64,000 nt of DNA from Geosiphon pyriformis uo1 (taxonomy: Eukaryota > Fungi > Glomeromycota), in assembly GCA_016748015.1 (NCBI GenBank), contig JAAOMT010000135.1, positions 867,085 to 931,084 on the forward strand. Direction: 5' to 3'. The notes below the pieces were generated by a model that had not been told where the DNA came from, did not search any database, and was given only the letters and a program-made list of their open reading frames with translations. Each line of letters starts with the position of its first letter. The stretch's first letter is position 1. Below are positions 12,760 to 27,317 of the stretch, piece by piece. Made by a program: the position numbers and the translations under genes.

Positions 12760-14810
12760 AGATCAAGTTAAAAATGCAAAAGAATTATATAAAAAAACAT
12801 ATTATACCACTTCAATAAATAATTATAATATTAAAGTAAATGAATTTAATAAATTAGATATTAATAATAAAAAGTAAAACAATAATGATAACAGTAAATA
12901 GAATAATACAGAAGATATAAAAGCTGTAATTAAAATAAATACAAAATTAAAAAAACTTAGTTTAGTATAAAAAACAACAATTATTTAGAAAAAAAGAAGC
13001 AAGGCCCTTATATGACAAAAAAAATACCAAAGTTAATCTATTATAATAAATATGAACCAAATAATTTATTCACCAAAGCAACAGTTAGAATTAAAAAAAT
13101 TACCACTTTTTTTAATTTTAATGATACTCAAACTACAGATTGACAATGATCCAAATCTAATAAATCTTAAAGCAATTTAGAAAGTAAGATTAATCTATAT
13201 GCTAATTAAATAAAAAAAGAGCAAAAGTTAAAAGAACATTTAGAAAAACAACATACTTAATTAACTGTTTTTAAATATAATTAAAAAAGAGCTATTTTTA
13301 AATATCTTACCTTGTTAAATAATAATAATGGACATAAAAAAATTAATGCCAGTTTGAAAATTGTCCAGAAAGTTTTTATTAATAATAGTATATAGAAAGC
13401 ACAAAAAATTCAATATCTTGCAAAGTATTGATTGCTTAATAATAAGTTTTTTATATTAAAATATAAAAAACACCAAAAAATAATTAGAATAATTGATAAT
13501 GAAAACATTATAAAAAGATGTTATATTTGAATTAGAAACCAAACTTCAATGCTACTTTAATTACATTTAAAAAATTCATTGAACATAAATTGTTTTTTAA
13601 TATTGAAATAATAAAAGAAAAAACTATTAGTCTTATAACTGTAGTAAGATGACTTAAAATTTTTGGTTATTTATTCTAATAATATTATCAAAACTTATAT
13701 TATAATAGATATAAAAAAAATAACATTTTGTAATTTTGAAAAAAATTTTTAAAAAAAATATATGAACATAAAAAGTATATGTCAAAGTATAAAGATAAAT
13801 TTATGAATTAAATATGTTTTAACTTACTTAATAAAAAGAAAAAAAGAGTTCTTGTAATTCATAATAAATGTATTTTTTATTTAAAAAATACCAAGTATAA
13901 TATATGAACTGAATATAAAAATTTACTACTAAGAAAAAAAAAATAAAAGATCAATTATAATCAATAAATTTCTAATTGAAATTAATAAATGTTTATATTT
14001 ACAACAAAATAATATAAAAAACTATTTTAATACATCAGAAAAAACATAATGTTATTTGCAATTTGGTATAAATTAAGATAGTTATTGAATAATAAACTAT
14101 CTTCTTAAACAAATTAAATATAAAGCAATTCCAATTTTTAAGAAATTATATCCAAATTGTATAATTGTATTTGTTTTCAATAATAGCTTTAATCATACAG
14201 TATTTAGTAAAAATGCTTTAATTGTAAGCAGAATGAATTTAAGTTCAGATAAAAAGCAATTATTAATGTAAGATACTTTTTTTGGATTAAATAATCAATT
14301 ACAATTAATAATTTTCCTGAAAACATATTTAGATGAAAACTTTAAGAATTGCCTAAAGGAATTAAACAAGTATTAATAGAATAAGAAAAATAATCATCAA
14401 AAAAATTAGTATTAAAATGCAAAAAATGCAAAAAAAAATCAAAGATTCTTCAAGAGTTTTTTATTGTGTATGTTAAATAATATTTTTAAAATCTGATTTT
14501 TTTACTCAAAAAAATACAATTAAAAAATTAATTGAAAGATATTGGAAAGCTGCTAAAAGATATATATATATAAAATATGATTATTCATAAAAAGAATTAC
14601 AAAGAACAGTGTCTGAAAGTCTTGAATTAATATCTTTAATAACTATTAAACAATTTTCAAAAAAATGTTGGTGTTATATAAATTTTTATAGAAAAGATTT
14701 TAATAGAAAATTAGTAAAATATGCTATAAAAAAGTATAAATTTTATAGAAAAATTCCAAATAATATTTTTAAAGAATTAAACAAATTAAATAATATTCAA
14801 ACTTTATAAT
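12760..14810 (+). pseudogene. Heavily eroded DDE transposase relic (IS630/Tc1-related, Sola1-like)
   Basis: Eroded motifs VLVIHNKCIFY (HDE), KAIPIFKKLYP..VFVFNNSFNH (FDNSSNH), NALIVSRMN, PKGIKQVL, WKAAKRY, and the C-terminal TIKQFSKKCWCY..KKYKFYRKIP. Confidence 0.7.
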
Positions 14811-15918
14811 ACTGTATTTGGTTTTATATTATATAAAATTTAATAAAATTTTATTTTTTATTATAAATAATATATTAAAAACACATATATATTAACCAAT
14901 AAAATTTAATTATATAAATAAAAATACATAAAGATTATTATTTAAAATTTCAGACTAATTTATATTTTTGATAATTATAAATAGTTTGCACTATACAAAT
15001 AAAAAGCAATAGCTTTTACATAAAAAATTGTATTAATAATACAAAATTTAAAAATTTAATTATTAATAACAAACTTAAATAAAATTTTGAAAAAAAAATA
15101 AAAAATTTTTTTTTTTATAAATAAAACTTAAATACTACTTAAAATTATATATTAAATTAAATACAAATTACATATTTTTTATTTGATTAATTAAGACAAT
15201 ATTAAATTTATAAAAATTAATACAAATTATTTTAAAAAAAACTTAACAAAATTAATATAAATTACAAATTATATTATTTATTTTAATATTATTAAGTATT
15301 TTTATTATTTTATTAAAAAACAAAAACAAAAACAAAAATTTTCTAATAAAAAAAATTACAGATTTATTATATAAAACCAAATTATTTTTTTTATAATTAT
15401 TATTACTTATAAAATAAGACAAAAAAAAACAATAAATAAAAAAAAACAGACCTCTTAGTTTGAACTTCCCTTCCTATCTATTCACTAAGCACTTCAAGGA
15501 TAGTTTATATCTACTAAAGTGAAATCATCAAAATATTAATAAAATACTTATCTATATCCAATTTATGTTGTCATTATTTGATTAAAAAATATTTATTAAA
15601 CTCCAACTATCAACACTTTATATTGATAGTTGCCAATACTTAATTACACTGGAACAATAGCTCTTGATCATAACTATTAATAGAATACTAACTTTATTGT
15701 CTTGGCTTATATTTTATTTCTTTGATTTTTTTTTGTATTTTATTTTTTTGTTGTTTACTAATTGATTAAAGATTAAGTGCTAAGTTATTAACATTAAAAA
15801 TAGCCTGGTAAAAGACCCAGAAATAAAGATAAGAAACTTGGAAATTAAAGATAACTTACCAAAAGGACATAACTATCAAAATAAACTAGCCACCATGCTA
15901 AAAAAAAAAATTTGACAG

Positions 15919-16784
15919 TGTTACAGTTTAAGAATTTAGCAAAAAGAATCATAAAAATAATACAAACTATTCAATCATAATATAGCACAGTAATAATCTT
16001 AGAAAGGTAATGATTAACATAGTAGCAAACACCATCTCGCGATAGTGGCAAGCACCAGTTCACAATAGCAGCCAACACCAACTAGTGATAGCAGCAAGCA
16101 CCAGGTTGAAATATCAAAAAGAAAGTATTTTCTTGTAGAACTACAAACATGTATATATACAGTAGTTTTAATATTGGGAAAGAATCAATCAAGTAATAAA
16201 AATCATAACTTATCAAGCAATAGATCCAATTTTATCCAACAAACTCCACTTTAAATCATATTTTCAAATTAAATATCCCAAGAAACCTTTAAAATCAAAA
16301 AGAAATGAAAAAGAATATTTAAAACTGAACTATCACAACCCAAAGTATTAAGAAACTTACTTGTATTATTTATTGAATGAAACTATCATTCATCAACTGA
16401 ATCCCTTGGAAGAATAATCCTTGATCAAGATTATTCACGTTGTTACTAATTGATAAAAGCTTTATTGTGAGAATTAGAAAAGCGCTAAAGACCATTAACA
16501 TTCTGTGTTTCTAGATTAGAGAAACACATCAGGCAATTGCAAGAATAGCCTCAGAGAAGACCCCAGATAGTGGGTAGATTTCAGTTCAGCCTCTGAGAAG
16601 GAGTACATAAACACACACAACAATCAAGAATTAAAGAATAACTTACATCGCAACAGTAAAAAGAAAGCCTTCAGTGTAACAGTGACATTATCACACAAAT
16701 AGAATTGAGAAACTCACGAAAGACTGATTGCAATTAAAGCGAGATATCAGCAATTAAATATAACAAGAAAACCATCCCGTAACA
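15919..16784 (+). repeat. Solo LTR (separate family, 866 bp) inside the G2 5' LTR
   Basis: TGTTAC..GTAACA with TSD ACAG on both sides; removing it restores AATTTGACAGAATTG, as in the G0 LTR. Confidence 0.88.
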
Positions 16785-19700
16785 ACAGAATTGTAATTTC
16801 AGAAGGCTACTAATAAAACAATCTTTGAATCTCTGTCTATTATACAAAAAACTTCAACCCAAAACTTTTAGATCATGAAAACCTTTAGATATTACCAACA
16901 TAATTCAACTATTAAATACCAAATTATGAATTTGTTATTTAATTTAAGACCCCAAATAATCACCTATAATATTTGGTGCTTTCTATGAAGTATAATTTTA
17001 CAGAGAACCAGCACCAACAACAACCATCTCAAAAGTGACAGAATCAGAAAAAATAAGGACAAACCATTTAGGATTTGCCAAATTTTTATTTTAGCATTAT
17101 TGTCAACACTTAAGATTAACCAACAATTACCTATTAGCAAAATCCACCTTTAATTTCTACATCAATAAAAAAATTTCATATTTGCTAGGACTATCAGTAG
17201 AAACTGACTCAGCAAAAGAAAATTTTTACAACAAACTAATTTAAAACACCAGCCTACTAGCAAATCATAATTTCACAGCAATTCTTACCAAAATCAATAA
17301 AGAAATTAAACATTACACTTAACAAAAATATCTTATTACTTATACAACCAAAGATAAAAAAAAACTACAAATATCAGCAATAACACCCCAGAAAATACAA
17401 CCACCTACTTAAAAGAAAACAAGAGTCAAATCACCAACCCATCTATCATATCACTATACATCTGGAAGCACCATCAACATTTTATCAGTAGGCACATTCA
17501 CATCAAATGTGAAAACACCATTGGCACAAATACTATTCCAAAGTAAATAATCAAAAGCCAACTTATTAAGAACTTATAGTGAATATTTTGAAGGATTTAA
17601 ATCATGATTACTAATGTTATCAAAATTTTAATCACTACTACCTCAACCAGATTTCGCAATCATGAGTTTTTGAGAAGTGACAAAATCAGAAAAAAAAAAT
17701 GAGGATTAGGAATTTAATTATTAAAATCTGATTCCAAAAAACCTGGAAATTAAAACTCTGAATATTTAAACTCAGCAAATTCAGAATAATTAAAACTCCA
17801 ATTTCATTAATCAGCAGAACTTACCTCCAGTAATAGTAAACAATCAACCACCTATTGAATTGATTGCTAAACTACTACAACAGCCAATACTATCTTAGCA
17901 TCAACAGCAACAACCACTTTAACAGCAGCCCCAACAACAATCATTAATTGCACCAATGGCATATACACCAATTGCTAAGTTAGAAAAATTCACTGGTGAG
18001 AAAAATAACATTCAAGTTTGGCTTAATAACATAGCCAAAGTAATAACTGCCAACAACTGGAATGACATCAGAGCAATACAAGCTATCTTGTACTTCCTAT
18101 AAAACACTACTAATTTCTGATACCAAAATTTTATAAACAAACTGCAAAATTTCAATGCATTTAAAGTTGCATTTTTGTGATATTTTAGCAATCATAATAG
18201 TATTAATCACTTAGCAACTAATTTTACTACTATTAAACAGAGAGATATTGAGACTATTATCATTTACTTAGGATGTTTCCACAGAAATCTGTGTCAAATT
18301 CAAGTCATTAATACAGACTACTTTATTATACTCCAGATTTTGAATTAGTTCATTTGTGGGCTATGCAACAACTTATTACAATGCATATGTTCACTATGCT
18401 CAGCTATACTTTAGGATGCTGTTAACCATGCCAGAGATTTAAAATCAGCTGAATTAGAAGCCAATTATGCCCAAGCTATAAACTTAGTAATAAATAGACC
18501 ATCTAAATTGAACTCTAAGCTAAAACAATTCAGTGAGTTAATTAATCAAAAAATTGAGAGATACTTAGCTAACAGCAATCATGCAATTTATCAACTATCA
18601 CAACATTGTAATAGTTAGAAACACTCAGATTAAACTTGAAATTTGTTGTATTCATTACCAATTTACAATCAACAGTGGCAAATGGAAATACATAGTTGCC
18701 ACTATTGTGGTAAACAAAGCCACTTACAAATTGACTGTCATATATGCTTAAATAACCAACAATCAGGAAATCAATATTAAAACCCCAATTACCAGTTTTA
18801 AATTCTGAACCAGTATCTGAATCAAGATCATTATCCACCTCATTATACACAAATGATATAGCAGTCAACTTATTAACTTCCAATTTATTAAACTCCAGCC
18901 TCAGTTATTTATTAACCACAGCCACAAATAATATATCAACTTCAACAAATCCAAACTCCACCACAAATTCAAACTCAGATGTTACCCAGAATCAAAGGCC
19001 AAGAACCATCCAACAAAACTAAAAATCAGCAATAGTTGTGTATTAACTGATTTCCAGTTCTTTCAATCACACATCAGAATTATAGTTATGAAATTTGGGA
19101 ACTAAATATGTTCAAAACACGAATTCTCAGAACTACTTAAGTCTTCTGGTTACCCTAGAAGATGCCCAAAACAAAAACTCAGAGCACAACTAACAACAAC
19201 TACTTAAAAATATTCTATTAGCAACTGTCACTGAAGACAAATTTCTTGTAGTAATTTTTCTCTTCAAAATAGAAGAATTAACTATCACACCATTATTCAG
19301 TGAAGTCATTCTGAATACAAAGCTTATCATAGTAATATATACAGATACCAAAGTTGATGGCCACTATATCAAACTAATTCTTGATAGTGGTTTAGCAGAC
19401 AGCATTATCACATAATAACTCATGAACTAATTAGGTCATCAAGTTAATTGTACTACCAGTGTCTGAATTATTACTGCTGATAAAGCCACAAAAACTCCTA
19501 TTGGTAAAATAGATGACTTTTCTTTTGAAGTCAATAACTTTATTATACTCATTAAAGTTCTTGTAATAGAAGCCACTCAGTACCAAGCTCTTATTAGTAA
19601 TGACTGGTTGTTCAAAACCAATACAATACTAGATTAAAACATTCAGAAATTACAACTGAGCCAGAATGGCCAGCATATCTGAGTACTAGTTACTTGTGGT

Positions 19701-20999
19701 TATTTCAGGACAACTGCCAACCAATAACCATTAATAGAGTTAAAAAAAAAGAAAAAAAACCTATCTTGGAAGCATTCCAAGTCTCATGGGCCAAAGAAAA
19801 CCACAACAAGTTACCACTAATTTTAACTTGGAAGGAAAAAAAAAAAAAAGGAAAGAGAAGAAAAATCCACACCAGCCACTATCTCTACTTATTCACTACA
19901 CACTACTATTTAGCAAACAAATTATTGTTGATCCAAGCTAATATACAGTGAACTCTTTCTATAGTCTCTCTGGTTATAGTCACTATTTTCTTATAATCAC
20001 ATTTTTTTAAAAACCAAAATCATTTATATATAATATTATCTCTTTATAGTCACTTTTACTATATATATCTTCTTATAATCCCTATCCCCACAAATATAAT
20101 AGCAGAATATAAATAATTTCCACTCTTTATAGTCACACTATAATTATATAATATTAGATATGAACATCAGATGTTATCTTATATTTAATTAGACATATAC
20201 AGTTAGGGAGATTTCTTAATTTGTTAATGGAAATTATTCTTTTTATGGTAGTAAAAAAAATTAGAGAAGTTTCTGGAAATGATTGTAGAACACTAAACAA
20301 AATTTCTGAAATATTACAATATTCAATTACTCTTCTTCTTTATAAGCCACTACTGCTATCAGAAGACAATGACAGAACTATTATATCTGGCTTGTTGTTT
20401 GCGGGTATTATAAGAGTTTTAATAATAGTTAACATATGGTACAATACTGCTGCTCTTGGTGCTTTGGAGATTGGTGGTGTTTCAAAGACTGGTAGTGCTT
20501 TGGAGGCTGTTGCTATAAGTATTAATGAAGTTACTCTGAATCAAACTTTGGCTAATGAGATTACTTTTTTCCATATTGGGAGAAGGAATTAACAGACCTA
20601 CAAGCAAGAATAATGGCCCAATGGGATTCTCTGAGAACAAGTTTGTTAATGGGACATTGCTCAAGCAAATCAACTGGGAATAGAATTCAAATTTACCTTT
20701 CCTTAGGAAAAGAAATGTGACTAGTAATAAAACTCAGAGCATGAAGATTCTGATATATACCCAATAAATACATTTTCACACCAACTTTGGCATCTGCAAT
20801 TAAAAAAAATTTCATACTAGCAATTATATTCATTATTTGATCAATATTTAGTATTAGCAAGCAAAAGTTTAACTGATAGTTTTAAAGATGTATTAAAAAT
20901 CAACTTTTTTGGGGCAAATAAATCTGTGTTGAATGCTTTTCATAATCCAAACATAATCACACAGAATGAAGATTCAGACCTAGACTCAACATATTATGT

Positions 21000-22200
21000 T
21001 TTAAAAATGCCAATTATAAATAATAATGCACCCAACCCAAGGTAAACAAAACTGTACACAATATAATATATTTTTAACTTCTTGAAGAATATTTATTAGG
21101 CTGTCACACAATTAACTTGATAAGTTTTGAAAACATGATCACTTAAAAGAGGTATTAGAGAGTTAATAATAGGTAATAGTTGTGATTTTATTAACAGATT
21201 TATATTTTTTGATGATCTGCTTCTTTACTTGTTACTGGAATTGGTTTTCAAGTACCTAACAATGTTTTTTTAATTTGCCTTGCTTTAAGAAAGTCTATTC
21301 TTTTTATCCATGCAATTTCACTGAATTTTTTCATTTTTTTGCTTAATATCTATTTATGGCCAATATCACGAAAAACATGATTAAAAATATTTGAATTTAC
21401 AAACTGTGTTTTTTTTATCTGAACTCAAAATTGATTTGATTTAGCAATAAAGCTAGGACATGTATGAGACCTGTATATTTTACTTTTAGAATATCTGATA
21501 ACATTAAAAAAGTTAGTATGCAATCTCTCAAATTTGATACAGTTATGTGCTGCAATTTTCTAATGCCATTGTGAAGGTGTAGAAGGAATCAACAATTTGA
21601 GTGTTTTGTTAATTTTTTCAAGTATTGCATCATGGCCTTGATATTGATTTAAAAGTTTAGATTGAGAAATTACAATTTTTTCTTGAATCAGCTTGCAAAC
21701 TTCAGGCTTCAATTGTAGTTATTGTTTTTTATCAGCAATTTTAATTAATTGGTAAATAGGATGGTGCTGAGCAGACCAAATTGGTGCAAACATTTGTCTA
21801 GCCACAAGTTTTAATAAAGACCTATTGAAACAAACTTCAGTGCGAAAGTTAATAATTGCTTGTAAATAAAAAAAAACTTGTTTATACTTTAACCTGAACA
21901 TGGGATCTGTTTCATTTTAGACCCATTCTAAGTAACCTTCAACAGATAAATTTTCCTTAGAAACAACATATAGCCACATTAATTTGGAAGCCATTGCATG
22001 TCTATATATATTATATATTGAATCCCATGACTTATGATGATCAGGACATTTTTTAAAAAACTGCAGTTGACTTTCACTCTAATATCCCTAACATTGTGCA
22101 AAGTATTTTATATTGATATTCCAATTGATATTGGTGTTGCTGTGTTTGGAGAGCTTGACAACATAACATTGTGCTATCTTCTACATAATTATACAAGTAT
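21000..22200 (-). pseudogene. Captured C-terminal fragment of an unrelated (Academ/DUF6589-like) transposase in the pogo left arm
   Basis: Read together with copy P2 (40480-41560, +): INWNIDIKYFAQ..KKCPDHHKSWDSI..YLQAIINFR..FAPIWSAxxHPIYQ..QGHDAILEEINKTLK. Family call is from remembered motifs; boundaries approximate. Confidence 0.55.
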
Positions 22201-22510
22201 GTAGAGGATCAAATTGACAGCCTTCATTATTGATCATCAGTTGGGAGTAAGAGGCAAAAAGTATTGCAGATACATTATTGAAATTAAATTTCTTTTTACC
22301 AAGAATCTGTTATTTGCACTTAGAATCCTACAGTTGGATTAAAACTTTTATTTTTATAATTTGGCCACTTTTTATAATCTGAGGCATCTCATATAACATA
22401 AAATACCTCACATGTCCAATTAGATATAAGGCAAAATGACATTTGAGACATAACAGATACATTAATGCGTTATAAAAGCAAAATGCAATAAAAAGTGTGT
22501 TCTTATTAAC

Positions 22511-24070
22511 ATGCCAAAAAACACAAACCAAAAACAAGCAGCAATCTCCTTGAAGACTAAAAAGGCTCTCTGTCAATACAAACTAGAGCATCCTAACTAT
22601 TTAGCAAATAGACTTATCAAAATATTTAATCTAAAGGTTGACCATTCTACTGTAACAAAGATACTTGCAAAATCAGACCGATGGATTGAAAAAAATGTAT
22701 TTGACAACTCTGGTCAATTGACAAAGGACAAGAAAGAGATGTTTCTGAGGATAAATAATGCACTGGGAGAATAGATGCTTGGAGCACTAGCTATCAACTG
22801 CATTCTTACTGGAAAATTTTTACAAATGAAAGCCCTCAAGTTTGCTGAAAAGTTTCTGGAAGAAAATAACTTTAAAGCATCAGATGGTTGGTTAGAAAAG
22901 TTCAAGAAACATCATAATTTGCACCACATTAAGATACATGATAAAGCAAACAGTGCCCCCTTGGAAATTTTACCAAAGGAATGAGAAAAACTGTGTGAGA
23001 TTATTAGCAAATATAATCTAAATGATGTTTACAATGTCAATAAGACAGCATTATTTTTTAGAATGCCACCAAATACAACTTTGGCAACAAAATCTATCTC
23101 TGACACCAAGCATAATAAGAGTTGAATTACCATATTTCTTGCTTGTAATGCAATAGACAGCATCAAGTTGCAGCCTTTAATTATCGGCAAAACCGCAAAG
23201 TCATGATGTTTTCACAATATTAATATGAATGTACTTTCAATCACTTATTGTTACAATACAAAAGCATGAATGCAAACCAATATTTTTAGTGAATGGCTTA
23301 ATTTATTAAATGAAGAAATGCATTACAAGAAAAAAAAGATTTTGTTATTGCTTAATAATGTTGGTTCCCATGGTAGAGAACCTTCCGTATTATTTAATAT
23401 TATGATTAGATACCTACCATCCAATACAACATCCCATTTGCAACCATTAGATACAAAAATTATTGCATTCTTTAAGACACAATACTGAAAGTTGTTTCTT
23501 TTTCATCTTATTAATCAGTATAATGACATGATTTCAATATCAACAGTAACATTAAAGGATATAGTTGACTTTCTAATTAATGCGTGGTCAGCAGTAATAA
23601 CAACTACAATCCAAAACTGTTGGTGTCATATGGGAATTCTGAATAATAGTCAAATGCCAGCTCATCCATTAGATATTGAACAAGAACTCCTATAAGAAGT
23701 ACAAGTTCTTATTGAACACATTAATATTGACAAGCTATTGGTAATAGACTTCATTAATATTAACAAGTTTGAACCATTATTCACTTATGCCTCAGAAGAT
23801 AAAATTGTGGATCTTATTAACAACAAATATAGTAGAAATTCTAATGCAAATAAAGATTTAGAAAGTGAAAATGAAGATGAACTTTTGCTTTTGCTATCTA
23901 CACATCAAGATAAAATTGCACTTGAAGATACATTGCACTATTGTAAAGAGCAATATAGTGAAAAAGTTGATTCAGACTTTTTTAAAACTTTGAGAACATT
24001 AATTTGTAATACTGTTCTCAAAGTTCAAGAAGAGAAAAAACAGTTGCAAATAGATAGTTTTTTTAAATAA
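22511..24070 (+). pseudogene. pogo/Tigger (CENP-B-like) transposase of P1
   Basis: N-terminal HTH, FKASDGWLEKFKKHH (CENP-B HTH), VYNVNKTALFF (DET), LLLLNN..SH, LPSNTTSHLQPLD, AW..TIQNCW; several stops. Confidence 0.95.
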
Positions 24071-25059
24071 AATATATATAATTAGTTATTATATTATGTA
24101 TGTGATATATAGATCATGTGATAAGATATTAATCTTTTTTTATAGTCCCATCTCTCTATAATTAGCACAAATGTGCTGACCAAAAGGTGTGATTATAAAG
24201 AGAGTTCATTGTACATCAATTATGACAAAAAATTGTTCATAATAAGTGCATGCTGTGGTAACAATAAAAAATGGCCAACTGCAACAAAGTTCTATTGCTG
24301 TTCATGCATCTTTAAACACTTTGGATGGCCAAAAAAACAAAAAAAATGGGACAACAAAACATGTCTTGCTTGTGAAAAAACTTTTTTAGATAAAGGAATA
24401 TGGAATAACATTTCTGGTTATGAGAAAACATGCAACAAATTGTGTTAATACATAATTCTAATCAGTAATTGGGTAAGAAAAAAAACATTCATAGATATTG
24501 TATAGAAAAAAGCTATAAAATATCTAAATGGTTGTCCACACAACAATAATAAAATATGGAGAATGGCTTTCACAAAAATCAAAGGCACATCATCAGAAGA
24601 AATAAGGATAATAAAAAACAACCCACCAGAACCCATAGAACTTGACTGAATCCCAAATCTAGATATTATCCTAGATTTTATGAACCCAAAACAATTTCAC
24701 AAACACTACCAAGAATTAGTCCTAACCAAAGAAGAACAAGAACAATAGTTAAAATAGTTAAACACTAAACTGTGTCAACATTGTCTAATTTCCAGTGACT
24801 TTGAGTATTGTAATGAGTGTGATCTCATTTACAATTCATTATTATGCATGATTTACATGATTCCAGAAGAAGAAAAACCAATTAGCAGCTGTGCATCAGA
24901 ATTGAAATCAACATTCAATCCTAATTTAAACTCTGATGATGATGACAATAACAATAGTTTAGACTCTATTCAAATTGGCAATAAAAACAATAACAATTTA
25001 GACTCTAATTCAAACTTAAAACAATATATTGTACTTTCTGACCTCTTCAAAAAGCAAGA

Positions 25060-25484
25060 ACTTAAATAGTTCAACAATAACAATGAAGATATTATATCAG
25101 AATGTGTACATGATACTAATACAGAGTTTGATCTAAGATACTCAGAAAAAAAAGCCATTAAATTAGAATCACATTCACACATATACATTGATCTAAAAGT
25201 TGTAATAGAAATCCCAGCAACAACAATAGTTCAATTAGTATCTAGGAGTAGTTTAGTGAAAAAAGGAATCAATATAAGAGAAAAATTATTTAATGCAGAA
25301 TATGTAAGAAATATTATTGTAATGCTACAAAACAACTCAGAAAAGATATATACAATAGAGTCTAATAAAAAAATAGCACAAACAATATTCTTGTCTTTGA
25401 TTAAAATAGCTCAATTAGTGTCAGTGGAAAAAAAAAAAAAATTAGGAATAACAGCAAGAGGAATACAGAGATTTAGATCCACAA
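25060..25484 (+). pseudogene. dUTPase domain of G2
   Basis: TEFDLRY (motif I), SRSSL (II), NAEYVRNI (III), KIAQTIF (IV), RGIQRFRS (V). Confidence 0.88.
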
Positions 25485-26150
25485 TGTTATTTATAGAATA
25501 TAGGAAGTATATTAGCATATAAATTAGCCAATCAGAAGTAGTCATAGTAAATATAAAATTCCAGGATTCTTCTTAGAGAAATTGCAAAATTTCAGAAATT
25601 TCAGAATTCTTATACAAGAAATTGCAAAATTCCAGAATTTCAAGATTCCTTTCAAAGAAATTGCAGGATTTCAAAAATTCCATGATTCCTGGTGTGAAAA
25701 ATTAAGAAATTAAGAAATCTCAATTATGTATATATAGCAGTAGTATTAGAAATAGAAAAGACAGACCTCTCAGTATAAATTTGATTTAAGCAATCTTTTC
25801 ATTCACAAATATTAATAAATAACTATTCACTATCTTAAATTTATTCTCTATTATCAACACTTTATGTTAATAGTAACTGTTACTTAACCACACTAGCTTA
25901 TCAGAAGAACATCTTTGCCAGATTACTGGCTACTACACTGAGAAAAAAATTCAATAAAATTGTGATTCTGAAAGGCTACTGAAACACTTTTGAATTTCTG
26001 TCTATTATACAAAGAACTCCAACTCAAACCTTCAGATTTCAAAGATCTTTAGATACAAACAATCTTCAGAAACCAACATTATCTAATCAATTGAGCATCA
26101 AGTTATGGATTTGTTATTTGTTTTGAAATCTCAAATAATCACCTATAATA
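25485..26150 (+). repeat. Isolated LTR of G0 type, without TSD
   Basis: Starts TGTTATTTATAGAATATAGG (matching the G0 LTR start) and ends TCACCTATAATA; flanks ACAA and GTGT do not match. Confidence 0.82.
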
Positions 26151-27317
26151 GTGTTTTTAAAAACAGCTATTTTTTAGTCTTAATATATCTTTTATAAATA
26201 TTAACAAAAATACTAAAGCCAAATATAAAGTTAATTTAGTAAATTTATTGATTTTTTATTACTTAAAATATTTAAATAGACTTTAATTTTAAACTATATA
26301 ATATTAAAATTTTTATATATAATAATATTTAAAATATAATGTTTTTTTAGCCAGTATTAATTATAAAAATTTGGTATTACCAAGTTTAATTTAAATAAAT
26401 AAGCATTAAAAATAATCTAATTATTTAAAATTATTTTAATTATACTAAAAACAAGAATATATTTTAAAATTAAATTAATTATTTATAAATTTAACTAATA
26501 TTAAAAAAACCAGTTTATATATTTTAATATTAATTTTTAAATTTAAATTTGCAAAAAATATAATAATACTATATCTTAATTTCAATGTATTCAAATTTTT
26601 CAAAAAATTATTCATATAAATATTAATAATATTCAAATTTATTTTTAATAAACTTTTATTTATGTTTATAAAACTGCCAAAATTTTAAATACTAAAAAGC
26701 TAAAAATTACTATTTATTATTAAAACTTTTTTATTAAGAGTTTTATATTTTAAGTATGTAAATATTAACTTAAATTACTTAGACATAAAATTTTTAATAA
26801 TAAGTTTTTTTTAATAATAAAAACTTTTTAATTAAAAATTAATCTTTTTTTTTTACTAAATAACTATTTAATAAAAGCAATTTTAAATCTTTTAAGTAAG
26901 CAGAACACTTTAAAAAAACCCAGATTTTTTAATACAATAAATATTAAAGCAATAATAATATAATAAAATACAGTAAACCAATTATTTATAAAAGTAATAT
27001 TACAATTTAAAAAATATTTATTACTTTAACCAAAAATTGTTTACAAACCTAATTTTAATTTAAATAAAATTTTACAAAAAATAATTGAATAATCAACTAA
27101 TAATCTATAAATACAAATATTTATGTTTAAACAATTAATAAAAAACATTATTAATATTTAAAAATCACAAAACTATTTTTTTATTGTATAGTGAACTCTC
27201 TTTATAATTACACCTTTTGGTCAGCATATTTGTGGTAACTATAGAGAGATGGGACTATAAAAAATGATTAATATCTTATCACATGCATAATATAATAACC
27301 AATTATATATATTTTAT

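Larger units (their letters stand above)
19946..24211 (+). mobile_element. pogo/Tigger DNA transposon copy P1 (complete, 4266 bp)
   Basis: TA-CAGTGAACTCT...AGAGTTCATTG-TA; excising it rejoins the Gypsy sequence so that it matches G3 at about 36080-36125. Confidence 0.95.
15401..25484 (+). mobile_element. Truncated Gypsy G2 (G0/G3 family): 5' LTR, PBS, gag, protease, Cys-rich region, dUTPase; RT/RH/IN missing
   Basis: LTR ends at 16971 (start about 15401, approximate); eroded PBS 16974-16990; gag MAYTPIAKLEKFTG at about 17956; LILDSGL at about 19373; collinear with G3. Interrupted by a solo LTR and by pogo P1. Confidence 0.88.

Noticed and set aside
22511-24070. Domesticated CENP-B-like host gene
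   Set aside because: It has multiple stops, intact TIRs with a TA TSD, and several copies.
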